A DNA stretch of 63,992 bases, filler included, from Circinaria calcarea (lineage: Eukaryota), in the NCBI GenBank assembly GCA_051942165.1. It is 5 parts of 5 records of this genome, joined end to end, with 100 filler letters (N's around TTAATTAATTAA, not from the genome) between each part and the next. Parts side by side here need not be neighbours in the genome. Positions count along the whole stretch, not along the records: positions 39,591 to 52,647 come from JAVECS010000527.1; positions 52,748 to 63,992 come from JAVECS010000698.1; 3 more parts are not named here. One strand, given 5' to 3'. A model generated the notes under the pieces. The model did not search any database and was not told the DNA's origin. It saw only the letters and a list, made by a program, of their open reading frames with translations. A program made the position numbers and the translations under genes. Of this stretch, positions 48,057 through 59,625 are shown one piece after another (position 1 is the stretch's first letter; each line of letters opens with the position of its first letter).

Positions 48057-51035
48057 CTATATTCGTAGTCTAGTCAACTCCCCAAGAGGGCCCACAACTT
48101 TATCGTAGAATGTCCCTAGTATGCTCTGCCCTTCCATCACGGTAGAGTGAGGTCGATTCTCTTGATTAAAATCAGCCTGCAGGCATGCTAAAGTAGCATT
48201 TGTGTAGACCAGACCCATGGTGTGATTTAGCCGTGGTGCGTATTTATCAATGAGTACTTTTCGAAACGCCGAAGGGTTTAGCTCGAGTTCTCTGTTGTTT
48301 TGAAGGAATGTGTGCAAGATATTCCAGCTTCCAAGCTCTAGAAGAATTATTCCGAGACTGTAATAGTCGAAAACTTCTTGGAAGGTGTTGTTGCCAGAAG
48401 AATAATCCGGGTGTTGGTAATGCTGTAAGCTGTCCTTACTTCCTGTGTCTAGGCGTTCGGATTCATTTACGTTCTCCGAAGACCGTGAGGGGCGAAGATT
48501 GATCAGGTAGGGGCGTTCGAGTAGAGACGAGAGAGCCGGTGTACGTCCCCCCTCTTTGAAGAAAACTACGTTCTTCGAGTTCAGGTTTTTGTGTAACCAT
48601 CCTGCCATATGCAGTTCCCGTATACAGCTGACTAGCTTATACGCTAAGCGATACTTATCCCCCAACGGGAAATCGAATTTAGACCAAGACTTGAGAATGT
48701 CCCACAGATCTATTGGGACCGTTCTCTTATGCCACTCTGGCCTCCCTGGAAGATTACCGCGAGGAAAGGTATAAATCAAGCAATGATCATGCAGTCCACG
48801 ACCTCGCATATCTGATATTTCCACAAAGCCGAGACACTCCAAGATTCTAAAGCCTTCAGGCCAAGACTTTCCATGGAAAAATTTAGCCCTCACCTGCATG
48901 AATTGGTATTTTTGGGTTGTTGACAACTCCATCCACCGACGTGTGAGCGGAACCGACTCAATGAATACCTGCGTATCATCGTACAGGCCAATCTGGACTC
49001 CCTCACCAAAGTCCCGTTCGGTGTGAAGTTTCTCTAATGACAGAAGCAAACCTGCCTCGTGGAACACATGAGCCTCTGACAAATGTCTTTCATTTTCTTC
49101 CAAGCGTAAATTCTCCACTTTTGCTACCGCAAATGCACCCAATTCCGAATAAGCGTCGGATTGGGGGCTAAGGCTAGTATTGTGAAGTACATCATCAATT
49201 TTACCTTCCGTATTTAGCGATTCTTCCAGCCAAACTTGCCTGAGCTTTTCCTGGTAAAGTATGGGGACTGCCATCCAGAGCTGTTCGACCAGTTCCTGAA
49301 TTTCGTCGTGGAAGGATTTCCGAATCGAGAAGATGACTGCCGACTTGGAGGATGGCTCGGTTTGACGCTCTTTGTCATCTGAGTTGAGTAACTCAAGTAA
49401 TTTGATAAGGATTCTATTGAAATATTGAGGCTCATGACCGACAGGTAAAATGCAATCAGCCAAAGATCTGCCTTCGATCAGCTGCAAGACTTTGGCCCAA
49501 GCCATAAGGCGGCCGTATTCATTTTGAATGGCTCGAATCTCCAGTCGTTTATCATTTTCATGTTGGGCGAGTTCAAGGTATTTGTCAAAAGATTGTTGCG
49601 CAGCCTCTATTAGAGCCTTCAAGCTAAGAAATGAGAGCTGCCGATAGACCTCAGCTGCTTTGGGCCGACCAATAGGATCTATCCTAAGCATGAGAGCTGC
49701 TTGGTCCAGTAAGTCACGGAATACCGCACTGTCTGCTTGGGCAACTGACTCCTCACACCAATCAACGACAGACTTCCTGAGACTGGTTCCCGAAAAAAAC
49801 CAATGGTCTGTGATTTGTGGCTTGTGGGCACTCCCATAACGCCGATTATGGAAACTAATCACACTCTTTGGCCCACCTCTGATGTAAGCTGCGATTTCTA
49901 AGATCATACAGCCAAATGACCATATATCTAATGGACGTCCTACTTCTTGCCGCATCAAACTTGAATTCATACATTCCGGCGCAACATAATCTCCCAGACC
50001 AGCTTTCCAGTTTGTTCCAGACACTTCCTCCGACGGCTTCATCCTGGCAAGCCCAAAGTCTGCCAAATAAAACGTTTTAGAATCAACAAGGACATTAGCT
50101 GGCCGAATATCGTGATGATATCCTATTCGTTGAAGCTCCACATCATGATCTTTTGTATTAAGGTTAAGTGAGTGAATCACTGCAATTGCTGAAGAAAGAC
50201 CTTGCAGAGCGGTGTAGAACATATAGTCATTCGTGAACCCCCCAGAAAACTTCTGGAGCTGTAGAAATTGTTTCAGATCAGTTGGAAAGTGTGGGAAAAG
50301 AAAGTAATGATGATCAAGATGAGTATACGAGCCTAAAAGCTGTATGATGTTTGGGTGCTGGAAACGATTTAGAATTTGGAGACACTGCTTTTCTCGTTCT
50401 AAAAAGTCTCCATCGAGTTTCTTTATTCTCTTTTTGACAATGAAGACTTCATCTCTCTAGACGTCATTAGTCACATTTAATGGAAGATAAGCGTGTCCTC
50501 AGCCACATACCGGTTCGGAATAAATGGTCTGCAAAGAAGGAGAGACAGATATCTTGAAAACATCACCGAATCCTCCCTCGCCCAGCCATTGTTCGTGGAC
50601 AAACGGCAATATCTCCTCATCACGAAACTTACAATGGTAACCACTCATATCTTTTGTCAATATCCTGGGCAAGAATTCCCATTGTACGTTCCGAGCAAGC
50701 TCCCACCCTAAGGTTTTGGTAGCAACCTTCTCGGCCGTTTCTATATCGAGGGGCAATTGCTCGTCTAGGACGTTATTTTCAATAAATCTTATCAGCTCAT
50801 GATGCCATTTTTTCCATACGAGAATTCCGAATATAATTTTACCCTCGTTGAAAACGAGATTAACGATATTAGGCTTCTGGTATTCGGGAATAGGGCACTC
50901 ATGAATGACTCCCTTGATAATATCTCTTGTAAGTAGAGTCTTCACTTCGTGAGGGTCAATAAAGTAGCGTTTATCGGTGGACTCTCTGCGCAGTTTCCCA
51001 ATTTCGCCTCGTAAGATTTCTATCATGGGTCCCAT
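48057..51035 (-). CDS. Tandem kinase: N-terminal helical domain - active kinase - HeLo-like domain - pseudokinase (~974 aa)
   Basis: ATG 51035; intron 50510-50457 (GTATGT..CTAAT..TAG) joins ORFs 50499 and 48057 in frame. Kinase 1: GEGGFG, IVKK, EREK, HHDIRPAN, DFG, APE, DIWSFG. Middle: IQNEYGRLMAWAKVLQL (HeLo-like ExxRLxxW). Kinase-like domain 2: VFIE, FRILECLGF, LHKNLNSKNVVFF, PYLINL, YQHPDY, DYYSLGIILLELG. Confidence 0.9.
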
Positions 51036-51131
51036 TGTAATAGGTAGTTGGGAGAATTTGAGGTTGAAAGGCACATAGGGTCGCCCTTGGAAGATAGCCT
51101 TTGCTAAGGTTTTCGAAGATCACTGTAAAAA

Positions 51132-51333
51132 CCCTTTACGAACAGTCAAGAGATCTTACGAATAAGGGTCGGTAGACTATGTGATAATATGCTGCGAGGG
51201 TTCGCGGGTTGGGTCAATAGATAAATTATTGCTAAGAATTTATTGTGCGAGGCTTCGCGAGAAAAGAGAAAACTCTGCTAGCGTTTAATACCCCATGACC
51301 TCGGTATATAGTTCACCCGTAGGGTTCGTAGGG
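51132..51333. promoter_or_regulatory. Cluster of TTCGYRRG-like motifs upstream of the tandem kinase gene
   Basis: GCGAGGGTTCGCGGG (51194), GCGAGGCTTCGCGAG (51247), CGTAGGGTTCGTAGG (51318), and inverted copies TTTACGAA/CTTACGAA (~51135, ~51155). Confidence 0.3.
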
Positions 51334-51499
51334 GGTCCTCTGATGGAGGCCCTTACACAGGGGCAGGAAAATTTTGCATTACAGGCATAATTTCACGTAT
51401 TCCCCACATGTATCTTAGTTTTTTCAGTAATAGCAATAATGAATACCGATTCGCATTATATATTCAACAAAACTACAGTAGAGTCTATCTCCATGCGCT

Positions 51500-52276
51500 A
51501 TTACGTTCAACAGGTTTAGGAGGTTAAAGGATTGGCATTCTCCCATTTACTACGGCTATTAGCAGAAGTAGAAGGAGCATGACCTGAGTAGGGGGTGAGT
51601 ACTCTCGATCGTAGCCAGAAGGAAACGGTGTGGTCAGTCCTAACCGTACTTGTAATATGGAGACCCAATCGCATGGCTGGGTCGAATGGTGTTGCCTTGT
51701 ATGCGTATGGGCTTTGGTGAGATTGCGCTTGAGAAATCTCAATATTGAAGTACATCTTATCCTCTCACAAAGCTGGTAAGCTGCTTGGCAATGAAAGACA
51801 GAAAAACCCAAGAAAGAAACAATACCGAGTAGTAAACTCTCTAGGGCGGGTCTGATAATAGTAGGATTTGACTTCCTTAGGCGCTCCCAGTAAAGCTACC
51901 TGTAGAGCCTTGGCTTTCCTTGCTGGCAGTTTCTGCTTCCGTTTTACGTCATAGTAATAAAGTCGATAGCTGGGGTTGGAAGAAGAGCGAAGGTTGAGAA
52001 ATCGTTCCCGAGTAGGTTTGTGATAATCTTTGATGTGTAGCTCGTATAGAGAAAACTCAAGAGAGCCTTCAGAGCCTGAATTGGAGGGAGAACCATAGCG
52101 AAGAAGGTAATTCCGTATCCATGCCAAACGTTCATTGATCTCTTCTCTGGAGATGTTTGCCACAAGAGAAGCACGATGTTGAGCCCAAAATGTGTAAGAC
52201 GCAGCTCCATCTCTTCAGGAAGGTACTTTCGAAGGTCTCTATCGTCGAGAGTTTGGCAAACCAGGCAAGCTAACAT
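51500..52276 (-). pseudogene. Possible degenerate N-terminal part of a HET-domain gene
   Basis: MLACLVCQTLD start and a second CxxC (SCFSCGK) in a shifted frame. In-frame TGA at 51767-51765 between ORFs 51765..52163 and 51516..51755, then ...TVSFWLRS...GH and a frameshifted PK/LLNV resembling the PxRLLdV entry to HET domains. Confidence 0.3.
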
Positions 52277-52647
52277 CTTAATGATGTTAAGAAGACTACA
52301 CTGGTATTCGCCTTTGGCTGGGGATTTGATGTTAAGATGACGAATTTAGAGTCGATATTTTTGAATTCCATAGAGTGACAATGCAGATTAGGGCATTTAC
52401 TGTGGACTGTTGAGCTGGGCTAATCGATGTGGGAGCTGCATACCCTGTATTTGAATTGCAACGAACTAATTGAACCATGTTGCCTTCTAGACAACAGACA
52501 TGATTGACGAACCTGCACATGATTAAGAAGACTCTTTTCAAATGACCGGTCACTAGAATCCCAAGGTGAGCACCACCAAAGAAGGAGCCGATGTGCGACG
52601 GATCAAAAACCTCCGCCACCGTATACGCAATCCACGTCATCCCAGAT

Positions 52648-52747
52648 NNNNNNNNNNNNNNNNNNNNNNNNNNNNNNNNNNNNNNNNNNNNTTAATTAAT
52701 TAANNNNNNNNNNNNNNNNNNNNNNNNNNNNNNNNNNNNNNNNNNNN
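52648..52747. other. Artificial contig spacer
   Basis: 44 N + TTAATTAATTAA + 44 N. Confidence 0.99.
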
Positions 52748-52864
52748 TATGGAGAAGATCAAGAATGGCCATGCTGTGGAATGGTTTCGATGCCGGACAA
52801 TGTCACGTTGGAGAAGTCAGTTGAAAAGTTGCTGGAAGCAACGGGGGTAAGGCCCATTGCATAG
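52748..52864 (+). CDS. Possible 3' end of a gene truncated by the contig start
   Basis: Open frame YGEDQEWPCCGMVSMPDNVTLEKSVEKLLEATGVRPIA* from the contig edge. Family not recognised. Confidence 0.3.
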   Translation, partial: YGEDQEWPCCGMVSMPDNVTLEKSVEKLLEATGVRPIA

Positions 52865-53893
52865 AGATTTGCAAAACAGGATAAGCAACTAGACCAGCTC
52901 ACGGTTCGACGCAATCGGCCTTTGGATGTAACTACGTTCTGGTATAAGTTGCAACGGTGCTCCGAGTCTTAGCCTGCTGTCATCTCACGCTGCTCGGATC
53001 TGCCTGTTTGTAGAAACCTGCCGAGTTTGCGACTGGCGCATCTCGTAAGGGTCCAGATGCAGGATGATATGGGCGATTCCCAGCGGTCGATGTAAGGTGC
53101 TTCGTAATAACTGCCTCAAGCATCGTGAATGTAACCTGGAAGAGTGTCGAGCGTCGAGCGTCGAAACAAAAGCAATAGCCGATTAGCCGCGTCCTGCGGA
53201 GCGATGAGGTAGGTAGGATAGCCAAACACAAAAGGAAGGAAATCAAGGGCTAAGCTATGGCGTGGTATGATCGTTTTCTTTCCTTTATCAAGATCGAAGA
53301 ATGGGTATTTGACTAATGACCCCGGAACCGGCCGTTTGTAGTGCAGAAAAGCGGTGATGAGATTGGTGAGATCAGCTTCCCTCCCGTCACATCGGCTCTA
53401 CTCAATCACGGCATGTTTCAGGCCGTGCAGGACCAAAAATGGAGTACCTACGCAAAGGAAAGCCGCCTGAAATCTTCAAGATTTTGTGAATGTCAACTCC
53501 TTGCGATGGTACTGCACCCCTACGAGAGCGAGCCCTAAGCTAACGATCCTGGGGCATGAACCTTCTGCCGGTCGTAGCTCCCTCCTGTACCATAACTCCC
53601 GAGGTGGAGAATGCTGTAAATCTCAATCAAAAACTACAGCGTCTTAAATTTGGAGGTATGCACGAGTTGTGTTGTAGGAGAAAGGTTTCACATCTGTGTA
53701 TGCGAACTTCTCTATAATAATACAACTTGGTCCCGGTATTAAGTATCCGATTGCCAAATCTATAAACCAAAGCTCGAACTTTTCCACTGATGCCCACTGA
53801 CTTCCTCTATACTTCAATCCAGCTTTGCAACGATCCCTCTATTGTTTTCCCTAGTACTTTATGCCAGCACGAATCATTCCGCAACATCTTCAA

Positions 53894-55228
53894 TTAACCC
53901 CATGTGGCCATACCTTGCGAATACGGATAGCTAGCACCCGGAAAGAAGCTCTGGGCAAGGTTGACAGTGCCTCTTCCCTGACTGATGTCATAAACGTTGA
54001 GCCCGGTGCGGTTAGTTGGGAAATTGGCGCTCAAGCTATAGACAAAATCCCCACTGACTTGGAGGTCGGTTTGGCCGAAATTGCCGTTCGCCGAAATATT
54101 TACTACCGTGACAATCTCCCCTGAGTCGACGTCCATTTCGATCAGGTTGTTAACCGCGCCATCGGTGAAAAACGCTGTCTCGGTAAGCTCGGAGTAGCCA
54201 GCCCAACAGGTAAATACGGTCGTAGGAAAGACCGTGCGTATCTTGGTGGTGGCAGTAAGGGTGTCCTCGTCGTACGTAATCACTCCACCGCCGTAAGAGG
54301 CATCTGCGAGGACAATGTCCTTCGTACCCGGGATGATGGCGGCTCCGAACATGACCCCAGCACCCTCGGGTGTGGTCCTCACCACGTCATATAAAACCGC
54401 ATCGCGGTTCACTCGGAAAGCGGCCAAGAAACCAAAACTTCCCAGCTCAGGAACGACTGTGACAGGAAGGCCCAGCTGGTTGTCTCTCGGCTGTCCTTTC
54501 ACGTCGGCGAAGAGAATGTTCTCCTCTTCACTGAAAAACACGGTCGAGATTCCGTTGTACGCATTAAAGGGCGGTGTGGTATTGTTAAGACCGAAATCGC
54601 GTCGAGCGTCAAAAGGCTTGAGGCCAGTACGAGTGGAATATGACGCACATGAAATGCCGGACTGTACCCCGTTTTGGCCCACGCATGCGAGCCGGCGTCT
54701 TCGTGAAATACCCACGGTTGTAGGGAAATCGCCGCGGGTATTCATGGGGGTTCCAAGCATGGTCAACTTGGTTGGATCCCTGTTGTCAATGGTAAACATG
54801 GTGAGGGTATTCGAGCCAGGATTGACGACAAATAGATTCTAGTTTCACGGTTGTCAGTTCTGGTCACTGAGGTTGGAGGTACCAACATCTCTTCTGGTGG
54901 CGGAAACTGAAGATTAACTCACCCTGCCAACAACCTTTACAGACCCCGCGCTGGCCAGCGCGTCTACGGCGGCAGGTTCGGTACCGGTGAATGGATCGAT
55001 AGTCGCACCACCGAGCCCGCCAGTGGGTGTGACCGTCATTCCGTTTTTGCGGAGCTGCCCGTTACGCCCGACAGGTACAGCAACAACCGAGTTGGGTTGA
55101 TTGGGATCGTTGGTCATGAAGTAAAGCACTTGGGGCGCGTTGAGCCTTCGAGAAGTAAGAGGTGTTGCATTAACGACTACCGAGAAGGCAAGTATTGCCG
55201 CAAGGATAGATCGAGATAGGAGAGACAT
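53894..55228 (-). CDS. Secreted lactonase-like beta-propeller (3-carboxymuconate cyclase-like, gp60/70 type), 2 exons
   Basis: Signal peptide MSLLSRSILAAILAFSVVVNA; YFMTND..NSVVAVPV...G.L, TPTGGLG, DALASAGSV, intron 54922-54839, LFVVNPGSNTLTMFTI...DPTKL, GDFP, TCW. TATA upstream near 55360. Confidence 0.85.
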
Positions 55229-57555
55229 GTTCGTCTGGAATATTCTTGCCAAGAAGTGTTTAGAGCCGGTCCAAATGCTTAAGCAAGATCGCAGTTTGAT
55301 AGAGGAGAAGTGAGATTTTGAGTATGAATAGGGATTGAAGAGCGTTGCGGTCCTCTTTATATATACAGGAAGACCCTTGTGGACAAAGTGACATGATGAT
55401 AGCCTTGGTCTCGGCCATCCCCGAGTCAGGTGCCAAGGTAGGCGGTTGTCATCTCTTGGTGTTGTATTTTGCTGGAGTTGATGAAGGAGTGCACTGAGAA
55501 GCCTCCACCGTCGATTGTATAATCACTGATCCTTGCAAGGAGCGTTTACCCACGCTATTGGGCTCCGCAATGTAACCCTAATGCAAGGTCCCGCATCATA
55601 TATCGCGGAAATCCAGGCATTACCCAGGTAATCGGTGAGGCCGTACATCATGGTCGCATTGGAACAAAACTTATTTTGCATGCGAGATCAAGCCATCCTA
55701 TTCCTGGCAGACCTCGGGAGAGAGTCACCGATGCTCTCCGATACGGTTGACGACAGCTATGGTGGAGCGTGAATTAAGAAAGACCAGTACAGACACAATG
55801 TAACTCCTGCTTTCTCCTCCCAAGAGGTACCAAACTACTAGTTTTGGATGATACATGCTCTAAATACCACGGTTATGGGAGTTTGTCTTGCACATTCTAG
55901 GTATAATACTCCAGGCTGCCGCCGCTTCAAAGCACGCACGCACGGTTATAGGTAGTGTAGCGGCAAGTAGTCAAATTACCGCCGCAATCTGACGCCGTAG
56001 TAGAGCCGTATAGGGGGAGGTAATGTTCGATCCATTTATTTGGAACGAAATGCAAATCACCAGTCAGGAGCGTAAATACCTATGAAGTCTGCTCTGAGGA
56101 TAACATACTCCCACAGCTAGCCGTATTTCGCTTCGCAGGTTGGTTCCCGGGACTTTTTTCTGGACACCTTCGCCTCGTCCTTTCTCGTCTCTCCTCTCTT
56201 GCGAACGTAGACACCGGCGATCATGGGAGCGCTCTCCATTCGGTATGGCGACAATCCTGAGTTTTCTTTACTGTTGATACAGGCCGAAACGGCAGGAGTC
56301 AGCTGCCAACTCGTTCATATCTTGACTGATACTATGTACTCTGGTGGCGAGCGACGCAGAGCCAAGGCACGTCTAAGAGGGCTTGAGAATATGAAAACCG
56401 GCGAGATGTACCGTGTGATGACGCAATTTGGACTCGGCCAAGCCAAGGTAACCTCTAAGTATCGGTGAGGATTACGGGCGGCTATTGTCTGGGTACGCGT
56501 GCCCAGGTTCTACCTTAGATTGCCGTTAATCAAGTTGTTCGACGTTACTATGGAAAATAGGATCGCTTCAGCTAAAAGAAAGACTGGCTTAGCGAGGTGG
56601 GATTGAATCAAGAGCCCGGCAGGTTTCTGGCCTTCCAATCAGCTCGATCTGATGGAGAAGTCGACCCTTTGAGGTAAGTAAGAGCGACAACAACGCATCA
56701 CAGTAAACAATCGACTCCGTGCAGCTATCGAGAGGGTTTTTGCACGTCGTATTGGTCATTTGCCCTCGTTCCAAGGCCGTTTCTCATCAGCGTTAGCCAT
56801 TACAGATAGTGATCCGGATCGCGATCCGGGTGACATTGGAGAATCGCAGCGCTTGTTGGAAGATGGAACGTCCGCCTCTGCAACCGCTTGATGTGGGCAT
56901 GAAATCCCGCAGTGAGGAATTGAGATCGAGCGTTGACTAGATATGCGTAGCGCTTACAACGATAACGCTGCGATTGACCATTACTTCAAATCGATGAGAT
57001 AGGTGAAGGATCCCTGCGACGGAAAAGGAAACCTCGGCGGAAGAAAGCAAATCCCATCTTATCTCGCTTTCGAGCGGTCTTGATGAGCTCACCTAACGGC
57101 GATGCGCGCCTAAATTTCCTTGGCAGAATGCTACTGCGAACGGGCGCTAGTTCCAGAAGCATGGGCCAAGGATCTCGGGAAGCCTGCCGATCCGATCGCG
57201 TTTATTCTTCATGATCCTAGGCCCTAATCTGACGACATGTCTTGGCAATCGCTGCTGTCGATCGCAGCGGGCCTTATTTTATGTGAGACCTTAATGCATA
57301 CCTATTTAAAGGAGATCCGGGCAGATCAGGCCATGCAGCTAGGACTGGTGATATAACTCACATTCGGTAGAAGCATGATTCAATTAAGAAAGTGGTCTTA
57401 GCGTGGCTACATAGAGATTATCGAAGGAGAAAACCTGGGCATAGGGGCTAGCCTTTAATACGGGTCTTAAGCGTAACAAGTTTCATTGCATTTACCACCT
57501 ATTGGTGCTAACTAGTTTACATGTCTTGCATGCTTTTGAATCTTGGTGTCTTCGC

Positions 57556-58020
57556 TCAACGCATGAATCCGGTAACCGGCTTGACGCTCTTGATGATGAT
57601 TGGAGCTGTAAACAAGTCTTCAGCCTTGAAGGTTTTGTGCATTGCCTGGAATTCGGGCTTCTCGGCGTGGTTGTCATATGCTTCCATGTCGGTGTATCTT
57701 GAGACTCATCTCGTCAGCAATGGCTACAGAGAGTTCGCTAAGAAGCCACCTTGTGGCACACACTTACTTCTCCACCAATATGAGCTGCTCCTTTCCAGAT
57801 TCAGCGTTGAAATCTTTGTAGAGATGAAAGCTAAACACGCCCGGCTCATTCTTTTCTACTGCTTTTGTCAGGTTTGACAGAAGCTCGACGACCTGAGGTG
57901 TCAAGGAGTCAGCCTTTGAGTGCTAAACCTCCGCAGCGAGTGGGAATCTCCAAATACCCGGTCAAGCTTGCCGGATTTTGGGGAGAGGGTGGCCACGATA
58001 TCACACTCGTTTTGATCCAT
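57556..58020 (-). CDS. ABM (antibiotic biosynthesis monooxygenase / dimeric alpha-beta barrel) protein, 109 aa, 3 exons
   Basis: Exons 58020-57958, 57892-57768 and 57697-57556 give MDQNECDIVATLSPKSGKLDRVVELLSNLTKAVEKNEPGVFSFHLYK...LILVEKYTDMEAYDNHAEKPEF...GFMR*. Missed by the ORF track. Confidence 0.85.
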
Positions 58021-59625
58021 CTTTGTACGGGTGACTGTTGACTTGTAACTTCAAGGGTTCGTTGGAGATTGGCTTCTTTGATTTCGAGGTGGTCTGAGAT
58101 TATTAGTTTGCTTTATAAAGCTGAGCCAGAGTGAGAGCCGGTGTTCCGAGCTTCCTTTTTCATCGTCATGAGTAGGTGGCAAGAGCAAGGTTACATCTCC
58201 AAACTGTAGTAACCTAGCCACCTTACATGGTTACGTTGACTGCAAAGTCGTGATGGTATCAAGGCTGCAGCAATCAGTGCTATTGAGAATATGGTAAAGA
58301 CCTCTGATCCCAAACAAAAAGCACACGTACACAGTAATGACTCTATCTCTGATCGATCGGAGAGATGGAGATCCAAATCCACAAATCCGATGACGAATAA
58401 GAAGTCCTGGAGCCGATTAGGTAAGCGCACCAACGGGAATAGAAGGTATTATCATGGTCGATTGTTCCACAAAGAACAGCACCTGAAGATAAGCGAACTG
58501 CACCGCTGGGCCAGACTGCTGAAGCCCCTTCCTGCCAAAGTGGCGGTGTGCTCACGGGCTACGATTTCCTCCCGAGTCAACATAAGACTGAGCAACCTCC
58601 GGGAGGCTCTGAAGGAAGGGAGATGAGTGTTGACCTATCATCTTTCCATGCTCTTCTCACCCTGCATTTCTTTTCCCACTGCGTTACGTGAGGCAAGGCT
58701 TGGCACGATACAGCACTGCGACGTGGGGATGCAGAACCCCCAAGGGTGGAGCGTCCCGTACCCGGAGCGCGGCATCCTCCGCTAAGTCCCGGCTGGGAAC
58801 CAGTGTCATCATCCCGCACACCCGTCCGTGAATCCACAATCCACAATCCACCAATGGAAACCGACGCGTGCCGGGATCTATATATGCTCATGCACCCACA
58901 CCGCATGATTCCCACTCAATCGCAAAAATAAGCTTATTCCGACATTCATGTCGTGCAGAAAGACCGGGAGGGAGTGAGCCTAGACTTCGGAGGTGTCTCC
59001 ATCGAGTAACCGAACGAACATCGGTACCGTCTCAATCGATTTTCTACCGGATCGAATGCGACATCAGCAACAGCTAGCTACAGTCGCTGTGGAAGCCTAC
59101 GCTAGGAATTACTTTTCGACCGAATAATTACAACTGCGAATATGGTGTCTTGTACCACTTCATTCACTTTGCTATTGGAAGTCATCTCTAAGCACCCGAG
59201 TCCCCTATCAATGCCCGCCGTGTTATCTAGACGATGGCATGAGTCCTACCTGGTGAAGGATCTAGAGTATGAGCGGCCGAGGGAAGATAGGACCAGTTAT
59301 CCAAGGACGGATCCTCCTGCAGTCAATGGGGTTGTGGGTAGTCACCTTGCACACCATTGGTACTCTGCAGATAACAGAGTAGCAGAGAGCCTTTCCGAGA
59401 AGGTGGCAATCTTAAAGTTCCCGCTCTCAGCAGTTGCTGTAAGCTTCAACTGGTCCTCGATCCAGTGGCGGTGAAGATGAGATAGCCAAGGAAGTTACCC
59501 GCTTATCAAATGGCAGAGCGTCGATACTATCCTTGCCCCTGACAACCTTTCCTCAGGTCTCTTAAATACTGTCCATGATACCCTCCCTGACATCCCTATT
59601 CAACCAACTCAAGGAACTCCTAGAA

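Noticed and set aside
31316..51035. Linking the NACHT-WD40 NLR to the kinase/CorA locus as one immune island
   Set aside because: An artificial spacer at 39491-39590 separates them; they are on different contigs.
55573..55581. TAACCCTAA (telomerase RNA template-like 9-mer) in a 2.2-kb intergenic region
   Set aside because: A single 9-mer is expected by chance at this window size, and no convincing pseudoknot, CR4/5 or Sm arrangement was found downstream. A cmscan would settle it.
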